Source: Patescibacteria group bacterium
GTDB taxonomy: Bacteria > Patescibacteriota > Patescibacteriia > Magasanikbacterales > GWA2-37-8
DNA length: 64,000 nucleotides
Direction: 5' to 3'
NCBI GenBank assembly: GCA_028705565.1
Contig: JAQWDH010000003.1
Location: 9,371-73,370, forward strand
Below are positions 1 to 8,864 of this stretch, piece after piece. The position numbers and the translations under genes were made by a program. The notes below the pieces were generated by a model. The model saw nothing but the letters and a program-made list of their open reading frames with translations, was not told the DNA's origin and did no database searches. Each line of letters begins with the position of its first letter. Position 1 is the stretch's first letter.

Positions 1-3
1 AGC

Positions 4-717
4 GTGCCATATAAAATAACTTTCGCTTTTCAGTTTATTCCTTCGGCATTGGCCGCCAGCGTTTATCCGGCGATGAGCGGATTTTATTTGTCGGACAAGG
101 CGAAAGTAGGCGAGTTGTTTGAAAAATCTTGGCGGTATTTATTTTTGATTGTTTTTCCATTATCGTTCGGATTATTCGTCTTGGCAAAACCGGTAATAAT
201 TTATTTATACGGTCCGAATTTCGCGTTGGCTGCGGAAGTTTTAAAAATTTTGCTGATGAGTTTAATTTTCGGATTTTTAAGTTTTATAACGGGTTCTCTT
301 TTGAACGCAGTTGGAAAACAAAGCAGGCAGACGGCGCTTTTGGGCGCGGCGTTGACAGTAAATATTATTCTAAATTTGATTTTGTTGCCGATTTTCGGCA
401 TAAAAGGCGCGGCTGTATCGGCTTTAGCCGGAAATATAACGCTTTGTCTTGGAGGATTTTATTTTACAGGCCGAGAGATAATAATAAATTATGGCAGATT
501 ATTCAAGTTTTTAAATCAATATTTTTGGCCGGCGTTGTTTATGGCCGCGGCTGTTTATTTTATTTCATCGCGTTTTGGATTTTTTCTTTCCATTCCGGCC
601 GGAATGATTATCTACTGCGCGCTTGTGTTTGTGAGCGGGGGAGTGGATAAGGAAATAATAAAAAGAGTGTTACAAAAAGTGATTAAAAATTCAAATGTTA
701 AAAAACCGATAAATTAA
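4..717 (+). CDS. polysaccharide/O-antigen flippase (Wzx/MOP superfamily), C-terminal portion; 5' end cut by window edge
   Basis: Reading frame is open from the window start. The protein is multi-TM and hydrophobic, with a C-terminal region typical of MOP flippases. A GT4 gene follows immediately downstream. Confidence 0.5.
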   Translation: MPYKITFAFQFIPSALAASVYPAMSGFYLSDKAKVGELFEKSWRYLFLIVFPLSFGLFVLAKPVIIYLYGPNFALAAEVLKILLMSLIFGFLSFITGSLLNAVGKQSRQTALLGAALTVNIILNLILLPIFGIKGAAVSALAGNITLCLGGFYFTGREIIINYGRLFKFLNQYFWPALFMAAAVYFISSRFGFFLSIPAGMIIYCALVFVSGGVDKEIIKRVLQKVIKNSNVKKPIN

Positions 718-721
718 ATTT

Positions 722-1840
722 ATGAAAACATTGATTATCACATTGGAATATCCGCCGACAACCGGAGGTATCGCTTCGTATGTTTATAACTTCGCCGCGC
801 ATTTGTCGGCGGAAGAAACCATAGTTTACGCTCCGCAAGCGAAAAACAGCAAGGAATTTGATTTAAAAAATAATTGGAAAACATTTCGTTTGAATCCGTA
901 TTTTCCGTTTTTTTGGCCGCGCTGGCTGCGTCTTTTTTGGCAAATCAGAACCATTGTCAAGAAAGAAAAAATCGCCATTATTCATGTGCACCACGCTTTG
1001 CCCGTCGGATATGTCGCGTATTTTATTAAGAAGTTTTATAAAATTCCTTTTTATATTTTTTTACACGGCACGGACTTGGAGTATGCCGCGCGCGCGGGTT
1101 CAAAAATAAATAAACTAGCGAAGATTTGCCGTTTTGCCGACAAAATAATCGTGAATAGTATTTTTTTAAAAAATAAACTGCTTTCAAAAATTGAAAATTT
1201 AGAAAATATTGAAACCATTTATCCTTGTCCGGCTGATTTTTTCTTTTCCTCGGTTTCGGAAGAGGAATTAAGGATATTAAAAGCCAAACTGGCTTTGGAA
1301 AATAAAAAAGTTATTTTAACCGTGGCGCGTATGAGTGATGGCAAGGGGTATCCGCATTTGGTTCGCCTTTTGCCGAAAATTTTGAAAAAGATTCCCAATC
1401 TGGTTTGGCTTATCATCGGCGACGGACCTAAAAAAAATATAATTTTGGAAATGATACAAAAAAATAATTTGCAAAACGCAGTGAGATATCTGGGCGAGGA
1501 ATCTTACGCGGACCTGCCGAAATATTATCAGCTCGCTGATTTGTTCGCGCTTTTGACGCATAAAGACGAATCAGCCGAAGAAGGATGGGGAACAGTGTTT
1601 TTGGAAGCGGCCGCGAGCGGAGTTCCTGTGGTGGCCGGACGCGCCGGAGGCGTTGAAGAAACCGTGGAAAATTTGGTAACAGGACTTTTAGTTGACGCTT
1701 ATCAGGACCAAAGCGTTATCTCGGCCATTACCGATTTATTGCGCGAATCAGAATTTGCCAAAAAAATGGGTCAGGCCGGAAAAGAGAGGGTGTTGGCGGA
1801 ATACACCTGGGAAAAACAAATAATGAAATTAAAAATATGA
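722..1840 (+). CDS. glycosyltransferase family 4 (GT4/GT1-like)
   Basis: C-terminal EAAASGVPVVAGRAGGVEETV...TGLLVD motif characteristic of GT4 retaining glycosyltransferases. Confidence 0.75.
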   Translation: MKTLIITLEYPPTTGGIASYVYNFAAHLSAEETIVYAPQAKNSKEFDLKNNWKTFRLNPYFPFFWPRWLRLFWQIRTIVKKEKIAIIHVHHALPVGYVAYFIKKFYKIPFYIFLHGTDLEYAARAGSKINKLAKICRFADKIIVNSIFLKNKLLSKIENLENIETIYPCPADFFFSSVSEEELRILKAKLALENKKVILTVARMSDGKGYPHLVRLLPKILKKIPNLVWLIIGDGPKKNIILEMIQKNNLQNAVRYLGEESYADLPKYYQLADLFALLTHKDESAEEGWGTVFLEAAASGVPVVAGRAGGVEETVENLVTGLLVDAYQDQSVISAITDLLRESEFAKKMGQAGKERVLAEYTWEKQIMKLKI

Positions 1841-2553
1841 TTATGCCGGATTCCATTTCAGTCATAATTCCGGTTTGTAATCATGCCAAAGTTTTGGGCC
1901 GTTGTTTTGAGAGCATAAAAAAACAAACGCGCCAACCGTTGGAAATTATTGTCGTGAATGATGGCAGTACGGACGATTTTTTAAAAATAATAGGCGAAAT
2001 TTTGTATTTATACAAAGATTTGGATATAAAGACAATCAATCAAGAAAATAAAGGGGCGGCTACGGCGAGAAACAGTGGACTTGCCGAAGCGAGCGGGGAA
2101 TATGTGATTTTTTGGGACGCGGATACTGTTGCAAAACCGCGGATGCTGGAAAAAATGTTTTTGGCTTTAAAAAACAATTCGCGAGCGTCTTACGCTTATT
2201 CTCAATTCAAGTTCGGCTGGAAGAAAATTAAAAGCCATCCGTTTGACGCGGAATCGCTTAAAAAAATAAATTATATTGACACTACGAGCTTGATAAGACG
2301 AGCAGATTTGCCTGCGCGTGGTTGGGACGAATCGTTAAAAAGATTTCAGGACTGGGACTTGTGGCTTTCAATGCTTGAACAAAATAAAACAGGAGTTTTT
2401 ATTCCGGAAGTTTTGTATGTAAAAATCGTCGGCGGTCGAAAAGGCATGAGCCGCTGGATTCCGAGTTTTTTATTTAAATTGCCATTGAAAATTAAAGCGG
2501 TCAAAGATTACGAAGACGCGAAAAAGGAAATAATAAAAAAACACAATCTTTGA
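1837..2553 (+). CDS. glycosyltransferase family 2
   Basis: N-terminal IIPVCNHAK...IIVVNDGSTDD Rossmann/DxD-type GT2 signature. Start overlaps the stop of the upstream GT4 gene (ATGA). Confidence 0.75.
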   Translation: MIMPDSISVIIPVCNHAKVLGRCFESIKKQTRQPLEIIVVNDGSTDDFLKIIGEILYLYKDLDIKTINQENKGAATARNSGLAEASGEYVIFWDADTVAKPRMLEKMFLALKNNSRASYAYSQFKFGWKKIKSHPFDAESLKKINYIDTTSLIRRADLPARGWDESLKRFQDWDLWLSMLEQNKTGVFIPEVLYVKIVGGRKGMSRWIPSFLFKLPLKIKAVKDYEDAKKEIIKKHNL

Positions 2554-2663
2554 ACATAATTGACTATGGACAGTTGTCAATTTTTTTGGTAAAGTAAAAA
2601 AAGTTGGTTCTTTTAAAATTTTAGTTCGCCAAAGGCGGATGCCCAAAAGGCAAAGGAGGAAAA

Positions 2664-3014
2664 ATGGGAAAAAAAGTAAAAAGTAAAAAAATAAGTTATG
2701 AGCTTTTTTTGTGCCTGTTTCGTTTAAAGTTAACTCCAGAGGAAAAAGAAGAATTAAGTAAAAACGTCCTCCAAATTAAAAAGAAACTTGTTCCTTATGT
2801 TTTGTTGAATTCAACAGAGTTATTTTTTCATATTCCTGACGAGGGGGTAGAAATAAAGAAATTGATAAAGGAAATAGAAAAGTTAAGGCCCATTTCCAAG
2901 TTAGAAGTAATAGAGAGCGTATTGGATAATAAAGAAAATTTGGATTTTTTTAAAAAAGGGGATGCTCTAATTATAAAGCCCAAAGAAGGCATAGAGTACT
3001 CATTGAAGTTTTAG
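2664..3014 (+). CDS. small hypothetical protein, paralog A of a tandem pair
   Basis: Strong SD (CAAAGGAGGAAAAATG). Shares the motif ..LFFHIPDEGVEIKKLIKEIEKLR.. with the downstream ORF (..LLLHIPKQGIEINELMLKMKEIR..). Confidence 0.55.
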   Translation: MGKKVKSKKISYELFLCLFRLKLTPEEKEELSKNVLQIKKKLVPYVLLNSTELFFHIPDEGVEIKKLIKEIEKLRPISKLEVIESVLDNKENLDFFKKGDALIIKPKEGIEYSLKF

Positions 3015-3015
3015 T

Positions 3016-3033
3016 TTGCTATAGTAATAGCAA
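3016..3033. repeat. perfect 7-bp inverted repeat TTGCTAT-agta-ATAGCAA between the tandem paralogs
   Basis: Seen directly in the sequence. Lies 2 nt after the stop of paralog A and immediately before the SD of paralog B. Confidence 0.6.
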
Positions 3034-3044
3034 AGGAGGAAAAA

Positions 3045-3329
3045 ATGAGTGAAGAAAAAAAAACAATGAATCCAAATGAACTTTTAAAAGAGCTGCTCCC
3101 AACAGAAGACAAGAGATTAAATACACAAACATTACTTTTGCATATCCCTAAGCAGGGTATAGAAATTAATGAATTAATGTTAAAGATGAAAGAAATTAGA
3201 GGAATGACTGAACATGAAGTCTTGTGGAATATTTTAAATAACTGGAATAGTTTGGATGTTGAAAAAGTGAATGTCCTTATAATAATAAAAGTAAAGGATG
3301 GTCTTAAACGTTCCACGGAACTTTTTTAA
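3045..3329 (+). CDS. small hypothetical protein, paralog B of a tandem pair
   Basis: Identical SD context (CAAAGGAGGAAAAAATG). Homologous to 2664..3014 over about 70 aa. Confidence 0.55.
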   Translation: MSEEKKTMNPNELLKELLPTEDKRLNTQTLLLHIPKQGIEINELMLKMKEIRGMTEHEVLWNILNNWNSLDVEKVNVLIIIKVKDGLKRSTELF

Positions 3330-3334
3330 ACGCG

Positions 3335-4789
3335 TCAAGCAGAGAATACCTCTGCTTTTTTAGTTTGCGTAGAAGAAGCAACAATCGTTAAAAAGACGAT
3401 TCCGAAAATATGGAAAAGCGCCGGTGAAGTAATGTTGATGACGAGCATCGCCGCGAGCGCGGAAATAAAAAATCGTTTTGAATATGGATAATGATTTACG
3501 GCGTTAAAAATAAAAATTATAAATAAAATCCATATCGCAAATCCGACAGCGCCCATTTCCGCGATTATTTCAAGATAACCCCAGTCAAAATGTTGCGTTG
3601 TGATTTCTTTTTTAAAAACAGGGCTGTAAGCCGTTACAGTGTCGCCCAAACCGCTGCCAAAAATCGGCCTCGCTTTTATTTTTTCCAAAATCGGACCGAG
3701 TAAAAGCATCCGGCTCATTGAACTTTCCTCAACGCGCGGAGCGGCGATGCTTTGCAGCCGCAAACCGAACAATTCCAACCCCAAACTTTGTCCCCGGCTC
3801 GCGACAGAGTGTAAAAAAGTAAAAATTAAAAAGAAAGAAAAGAACACAGCGACTGATACGGCGAGCCATCGTTTCCAATTTTGTTTGTTGAATAAAAATA
3901 AAAGTCCGATAAATAACGCCAAAACATAAACGCGCGTGAGATTTATGGAAAGAATGGATAAAAGAGAGAACACGGAAAAAAACACGATTTTTTTATCGTC
4001 GTATTGTTTTTTGATTATTTTATGCAAGAACAACAATAATGTTGGGGTCAGCAGCAGTTGTTCGTTTAAAATTATTCTATAAAAATTCAACCCCAAGTCG
4101 GTGATTTTTCCGCCCGCGACATCTCGGAACCAATGATAATAGGAATCTTGCAAAGCGAATAATCCTCCGCCAAATCCGAAAAATGTGAAAAGGGCGAAAA
4201 CGGCGTTTCCGATAATCGCCGCGTAAAGCGCGTTCATCGCCGTATTTTTAAATTTTTGTGAATTCCAAAGTTCACGCAGTGGAAAATAATAAAGCAGAAA
4301 TAAATATGGAATAAGGTCTGATATTATCAAAGGAATATCATTACCGAGAAAATATCCGCGCGCCGCGGAAACACACGCGGATAGCATCAGCAACAAAAAT
4401 AAAAAAACGATTTTTTTGTTTTCTTCCAAAGAGGTTTTAACTTTTTTGCTTTGAATTTTTTGAAGCGAGTAAATTGATAAAGACGCGACTAATAGTAAAA
4501 CGCGCAAAGAAACGCCGTGAACAGCGAAAAAATTTCCGCCGCCGCCCAAAAGTATTTCCCCGGCTATTATCAGCCAGCCGATTTCCGGTTTTTTAAATAA
4601 AAAATAAACGGCGGTTGCCAATATAAAAATCGCCGCGATTGAATTAATCGGGTTGGCGGCGAAAAGGGGAGTGTCCGGACCGAAATAATAAGAAAAAATT
4701 CTTATTAAAAAATAAATCACCAAAAAAATCGTTATTTGTTTTGATTTTGGCATAAGATTATCATCGCGAGCGAAACGCTGAAATCCCAT
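3335..4789 (-). CDS. O-antigen ligase/polymerase-like polytopic membrane protein (Wzy_C-type)
   Basis: About 12 predicted TM helices with a large loop (..RVEESSMSRMLLLGPILEKIKARPIFGSGLGDT..) resembling the O-antigen ligase domain. Sits among glycosyltransferase genes. Confidence 0.5.
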   Translation of the reverse strand: MGFQRFARDDNLMPKSKQITIFLVIYFLIRIFSYYFGPDTPLFAANPINSIAAIFILATAVYFLFKKPEIGWLIIAGEILLGGGGNFFAVHGVSLRVLLLVASLSIYSLQKIQSKKVKTSLEENKKIVFLFLLLMLSACVSAARGYFLGNDIPLIISDLIPYLFLLYYFPLRELWNSQKFKNTAMNALYAAIIGNAVFALFTFFGFGGGLFALQDSYYHWFRDVAGGKITDLGLNFYRIILNEQLLLTPTLLLFLHKIIKKQYDDKKIVFFSVFSLLSILSINLTRVYVLALFIGLLFLFNKQNWKRWLAVSVAVFFSFFLIFTFLHSVASRGQSLGLELFGLRLQSIAAPRVEESSMSRMLLLGPILEKIKARPIFGSGLGDTVTAYSPVFKKEITTQHFDWGYLEIIAEMGAVGFAIWILFIIFIFNAVNHYPYSKRFFISALAAMLVINITSPALFHIFGIVFLTIVASSTQTKKAEVFSA

Positions 4790-5666
4790 TCGCGAATTCT
4801 TTCGCGTTCATCGGTTTTTTTCCTTCCGTTTGCAATTCTAAAATTTCAAGCGAACCGTTTTTCGTTCCTAAAAATAATTTATTTTCTTCAAAAGAAAATT
4901 CTCCGGGCGGATTTTTTTTATCGGCGGCGACAGCGATTTTTAAAAGCTTGATTCTTCTGCCGTTCCAAACAAACCAAACACCGGGCCACGGATGAAATCC
5001 GCGCCATTGGTTATATGTTTCAAGAGCGGTTTTATTAAAATCAATTTGGCCGTCTTCACGCGTAAAAATTTTACAAAATGTAGCATCGCTGTCATTTTGC
5101 GGTTCCGGGCGTATTTTGCCTTCAACCCAGTCGCGGATGGTGTCTAAAAGCAAAAATTTGGCGGTTTTAAGCAGTTTTTCGGCCAAAGTGGCGTAATTAT
5201 CGGTATTTGTAATTTTTACGGCTTTTTGGGCTAAAACAGGACCATGGTCCATTTTTTCATCCATTAGCATTATGGAAACGCCGGTTTCTGTTTCGCCATT
5301 GATAAGAGCTGTTTGTATTGGCGAAGCGCCGCGATATTTAGGCAATAAAGAAGGATGGATATTGATTGATTTATATTCAGGTTCTTCCAAAATATTTTTT
5401 GGAATCATAAGACCGTATTCGCAAACTACATTGAGAGAATGGCGGATAAAAGGCGATGAAATGTTTTTTAAATTTTCCGGTTGGAATATCCGGATATTAT
5501 TTTTTTCCGCCAGAATTTTAACCGGCGATTTTTGTATTTCTTGCTTGCGTCCAACAGGTCTGTCCGGAGCGGTAAAAACAGCGGGAATTTCGTGCTCGCC
5601 GCTTTCAATCAAAGTTTTTAAAATTTCAGCCGCAAATTCTCGCGTGCCGAAAAAAATAATTTTCAT
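4761..5666 (-). CDS. fmt: methionyl-tRNA formyltransferase
   Basis: MKIIFFGT..., the ..IHPSLLPKYRGASPIQTALINGETETGVSIM.. formyltransferase core, and a C-terminal Fmt domain. Confidence 0.85.
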   Translation of the reverse strand: MKIIFFGTREFAAEILKTLIESGEHEIPAVFTAPDRPVGRKQEIQKSPVKILAEKNNIRIFQPENLKNISSPFIRHSLNVVCEYGLMIPKNILEEPEYKSINIHPSLLPKYRGASPIQTALINGETETGVSIMLMDEKMDHGPVLAQKAVKITNTDNYATLAEKLLKTAKFLLLDTIRDWVEGKIRPEPQNDSDATFCKIFTREDGQIDFNKTALETYNQWRGFHPWPGVWFVWNGRRIKLLKIAVAADKKNPPGEFSFEENKLFLGTKNGSLEILELQTEGKKPMNAKEFANGISAFRSR

Positions 5667-5678
5667 AATAATTACGCG

Positions 5679-6158
5679 TCATTCCTTTTTTATATTTTTC
5701 GCTTTATCAATAAATAAAATTCCATCAAGGTGGTCAACCTCATGCTGTATCAAACGAGCTAAAAAATCGGACGCTCTAAATTTCAAAATTTCGCCTTTTT
5801 CGTTAAGCGCCTCAATTTTTATTTTTTTCCATCGTTTTACTTGTCCGCATATATTCGGCACAGACAGGCACCCTTCGTAATCCCATTTTTTTAACAGGGA
5901 AGACGGTTTAATCTCAGGATTTATAAGAACCGTTGGATTTTTTTTATCCGAAGAATAATTTTTTGCGAGCACGCACAGGCGCAGAGAAATTCCGATTTGC
6001 GGAGCCGCCAGTCCGGCTCCGCTTTCGGCGTTTTCCAAAGTTTCAGCCATATCTTTTATTATCCGTTGTATTTTTTTTCCACTGATATCTTTTGGGTCTA
6101 TTTTTTCCGCTTTTTGTCTCAAAACGGAGTTCGGTTCAATTAAAATTTTTAATTTCAT
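5679..6158 (-). CDS. def: peptide deformylase (probable start at the internal Met MKLKIL; the longest ORF extends to 6197)
   Basis: Motifs GxGLAAPQIG, EGCLSVP and QHEVDHLDG (metal ligands). Classic fmt-def arrangement. Confidence 0.85.
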   Translation of the reverse strand: MKLKILIEPNSVLRQKAEKIDPKDISGKKIQRIIKDMAETLENAESGAGLAAPQIGISLRLCVLAKNYSSDKKNPTVLINPEIKPSSLLKKWDYEGCLSVPNICGQVKRWKKIKIEALNEKGEILKFRASDFLARLIQHEVDHLDGILFIDKAKNIKKE

Positions 6159-8053
6159 ACTGTTAGCAAAGTGTTCGGATTGGGGTCTGTTTTCCAATCC
6201 GGCGGCAGGCGCGAAGCCAATAATTTCGCCGCTTGTTTATAATTTTTATAATTGATTTTCGCCAAAATTACTTGCCAATATCTTCCATCGTGAAAATAAG
6301 GATACATTCGCAAAGAACTGGATATCTTAATGTCAAAATCGTTTTTCGTCAAGGGCAGCAGTAAATTATAAACGCGCGCTGATTCTTTTTCGGCGGTTTC
6401 TTGCGAAGGATGTCCGTAACACGCTCTCCATAAAAATTTATAAGGAGGATACGCGAACATTTTTCTTTGCGCCAATTCTTGCAGATAAAAATTTTTCGGG
6501 TCAGACAAACTTTCAAAAATGTAATGTTCGGGATGGTTTGTTTGCGCGACAATTTTGGCGTCTTCCGGCAAATTATATTGCGCAGAACGCAAAATTTGCC
6601 AGAGATCTTCCGTTATTCTGTATTCAGGCACGAAAAGAGGGGTATCAGCGTCCAAAAAGACCAACAATTTTATTCTTTGCCAATTCAAATGAGGCCACGC
6701 CATTTGCGTTCCGACAATAATTTTATTTTCATCGCCGTTCAATTTTGTTATATCATAACTGTCATAATCAACGCGAACGACCTTCCTTTCGTTTTTTCCG
6801 GCAGTAATTTTTCTCATTTCTTTTTCAGCCATTTGCGTTCCGACTCCGAACATCGCCATATTAACGCCGCGGCAATTTTCGCATCGTGTTATCATTTGTC
6901 GTTTGTTTCCGCAAAAATGGCATTCAAGCGAATTTTTATCTTCATGGAAAGTAAGCGGTCTTTGGCAATTTTGGCATCGCAATACAGTTCCGCAATCTCT
7001 GCATCCGACATAACTCGCGGCTCCGCGTCTGTTTAAATAAATAAAAACATCCCCGTTTTTTATTTTTAGTATTTCTTCAACGAGAGAAAGTCCGACAAAG
7101 CCGTAATTTTTCGCTTGCCGTTCTTTTTTTAAATCTAAAATTGAAGGGAGACGCGGTAAAATCGGCGGACAAGAAATATTGGAATCATATATTTTTTTTT
7201 CGGCGAAATAAAATGTTTCCACCGAAGGAGTGTGGGAAAGCAGACGCAGTTTCGCTTCGTGATGTCTTGCTAAAAACATCGCCGCGTCGCGGGTGTGAAA
7301 GCGCGGCGCCATATCCCAACTTTTATAATCCGAATTACCTTCGTCATCTAAAAAAATATTTACGAGGTCAGACCATGGCAAAAAAATCGCTCGTCTTGTT
7401 CCGACAACGATTTTTTTGCGGCCCGTCCACAGGTCAAGCCAAATATCAAATAAATCTTTTTCGCTTGTGTCGCCGCTTATCAAAACAGTTTGTTTTTGTA
7501 AATTTAACGGAAGAATGTTAAAAATTTTTTGTATTTGTGGCAATTCCGGAGCCAATATCAATGTTTGGCGCGAAATGTCTATGTTGTTGGAAATGTAAGC
7601 GATTTTTTCATCCAGATTCGCGTATATGAACATTTCCGGTTTTCCGTTTTTAATTTTGCGCGATTTTTTTTTATCGCGAAAATCGGTTTTTGTTTCATTG
7701 GCGAATACGCGCGACACGGCGGTAATTTTTCTTTTTTGCAGAGGCAAAAGGTTGCTTTTTATTAGAAAACCCAAAGAGGTTCCGTAAAATTCCGAGATAT
7801 CTTCCAAAAAATCAATTTGTTTTTCTGAAAAAACGGGTTTATCAAAAATTATTTCGGATATCGGTTTGATTTTATTTTTTTCGTTTTGTTTTTCCGTTAT
7901 TTTTTTTACGATGCCAAATAAACTTTTTGTTTGAAAAGGAATTTTAACCAATTGCCCGGATTTTATTTTTGTTTTGATTTCGCCAGGAACAGAATAAGTC
8001 AAAAAAGGCAACGAAAATGGCATTCTTCTGGCTGGTATAACATCAATCTGCAT
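6155..8053 (-). CDS. priA: primosomal protein N' (PriA) homolog with degenerate ATPase motifs
   Basis: Paired Cys clusters CRDCG..CQNCQ..CHFCG..CENCRG typical of the PriA zinc-binding domain. The Walker A position reads ANLDEKIA and Walker B reads LDDEG, i.e. neither is canonical. Confidence 0.65.
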   Translation of the reverse strand: MQIDVIPARRMPFSLPFLTYSVPGEIKTKIKSGQLVKIPFQTKSLFGIVKKITEKQNEKNKIKPISEIIFDKPVFSEKQIDFLEDISEFYGTSLGFLIKSNLLPLQKRKITAVSRVFANETKTDFRDKKKSRKIKNGKPEMFIYANLDEKIAYISNNIDISRQTLILAPELPQIQKIFNILPLNLQKQTVLISGDTSEKDLFDIWLDLWTGRKKIVVGTRRAIFLPWSDLVNIFLDDEGNSDYKSWDMAPRFHTRDAAMFLARHHEAKLRLLSHTPSVETFYFAEKKIYDSNISCPPILPRLPSILDLKKERQAKNYGFVGLSLVEEILKIKNGDVFIYLNRRGAASYVGCRDCGTVLRCQNCQRPLTFHEDKNSLECHFCGNKRQMITRCENCRGVNMAMFGVGTQMAEKEMRKITAGKNERKVVRVDYDSYDITKLNGDENKIIVGTQMAWPHLNWQRIKLLVFLDADTPLFVPEYRITEDLWQILRSAQYNLPEDAKIVAQTNHPEHYIFESLSDPKNFYLQELAQRKMFAYPPYKFLWRACYGHPSQETAEKESARVYNLLLPLTKNDFDIKISSSLRMYPYFHDGRYWQVILAKINYKNYKQAAKLLASRLPPDWKTDPNPNTLLTV

Positions 8054-8055
8054 AA

Positions 8056-8847
8056 TTAAAACGTAAAATTCGCGGTAAGATAACCAACGCCGAAAGGCGA
8101 TTCATAAGAATATTTTTTATAATCAAAATTTACTCCGCGCAAAATCCCCATCAGCATAAGAAACGATCTGAATCCGCATTCTGACGCGTCATTCACGAAA
8201 TTTTTATCAAGCTGGAGCATACCGACAGTGTTGCGGCTTGAAAGAAGCTCTTGAATTTTTTTATCAAATTCTTCTCCGGCTTGGTTGTATCCCGCCGGCG
8301 CGTCGTTGGAAAGAGCGTGAGAAAGATCGCCGGAAGCGATAACGGCAACCCGTTTTTGCGAACGCATAATTTGTTCTTTTATCAAATATCCGAAATTAAG
8401 ATGCGTTTTCCAATCCAAATCGCAAAAACCAATCGGCAAAACAGCGGCGTTTGGCAAGTGGCGCGTTAAATAATACAACGGAATTCCAGAACCGTGATCC
8501 AACCCCTTTTCGCTTATCATTGTCAAAGGAAAATCTTCGTCGCGAGCTTCTTCGCGAATTAAAACAGATAAATTCATTTCGCCTTTGAATTTCGTTTTTG
8601 TCGTAAGGTCGCCGAAATCTCTAAAATCGGTTTCAAATTCCGGGCAGATATTTATCGTAAAAGCTTCTTTGAAATAACTTCCATGCGGAGAAATAACCAT
8701 TATTATGTCAGGTCTTGCAAGATAAAGGTCTTCTTCCATTTTTTCCATCGCTTTTTTTGTTTTTTCCAATTTTTTTATCGCTTCTTTTCCTATTGTCGGA
8801 ATAAGAAGCGGGGGGTGCGGAGTGATGGCCGCGAACACAAGAGACAT
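8056..8847 (-). CDS. class III extradiol dioxygenase (LigB/YgiD-like) family protein
   Basis: N-terminal ..AAITPHPP.., then VISPHG and GLDHGSGIPLYY motifs resembling LigB-type dioxygenase subunit B. Confidence 0.5.
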   Translation of the reverse strand: MSLVFAAITPHPPLLIPTIGKEAIKKLEKTKKAMEKMEEDLYLARPDIIMVISPHGSYFKEAFTINICPEFETDFRDFGDLTTKTKFKGEMNLSVLIREEARDEDFPLTMISEKGLDHGSGIPLYYLTRHLPNAAVLPIGFCDLDWKTHLNFGYLIKEQIMRSQKRVAVIASGDLSHALSNDAPAGYNQAGEEFDKKIQELLSSRNTVGMLQLDKNFVNDASECGFRSFLMLMGILRGVNFDYKKYSYESPFGVGYLTANFTF

Positions 8848-8864
8848 ACTTTTTGTTTTAAAAA

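Noticed and set aside
129-650. Numerous antisense or alternative-frame ORFs of 60-190 aa inside confidently identified genes (e.g. 129..650, 6467..7036, 12294..12722, 27903..28448, 38912..39283)
   Set aside because: They lie fully within strong protein-coding genes on the other strand or frame, and no known motif was recognised in their translations. They are artefacts of AT-rich sequence and open frames.
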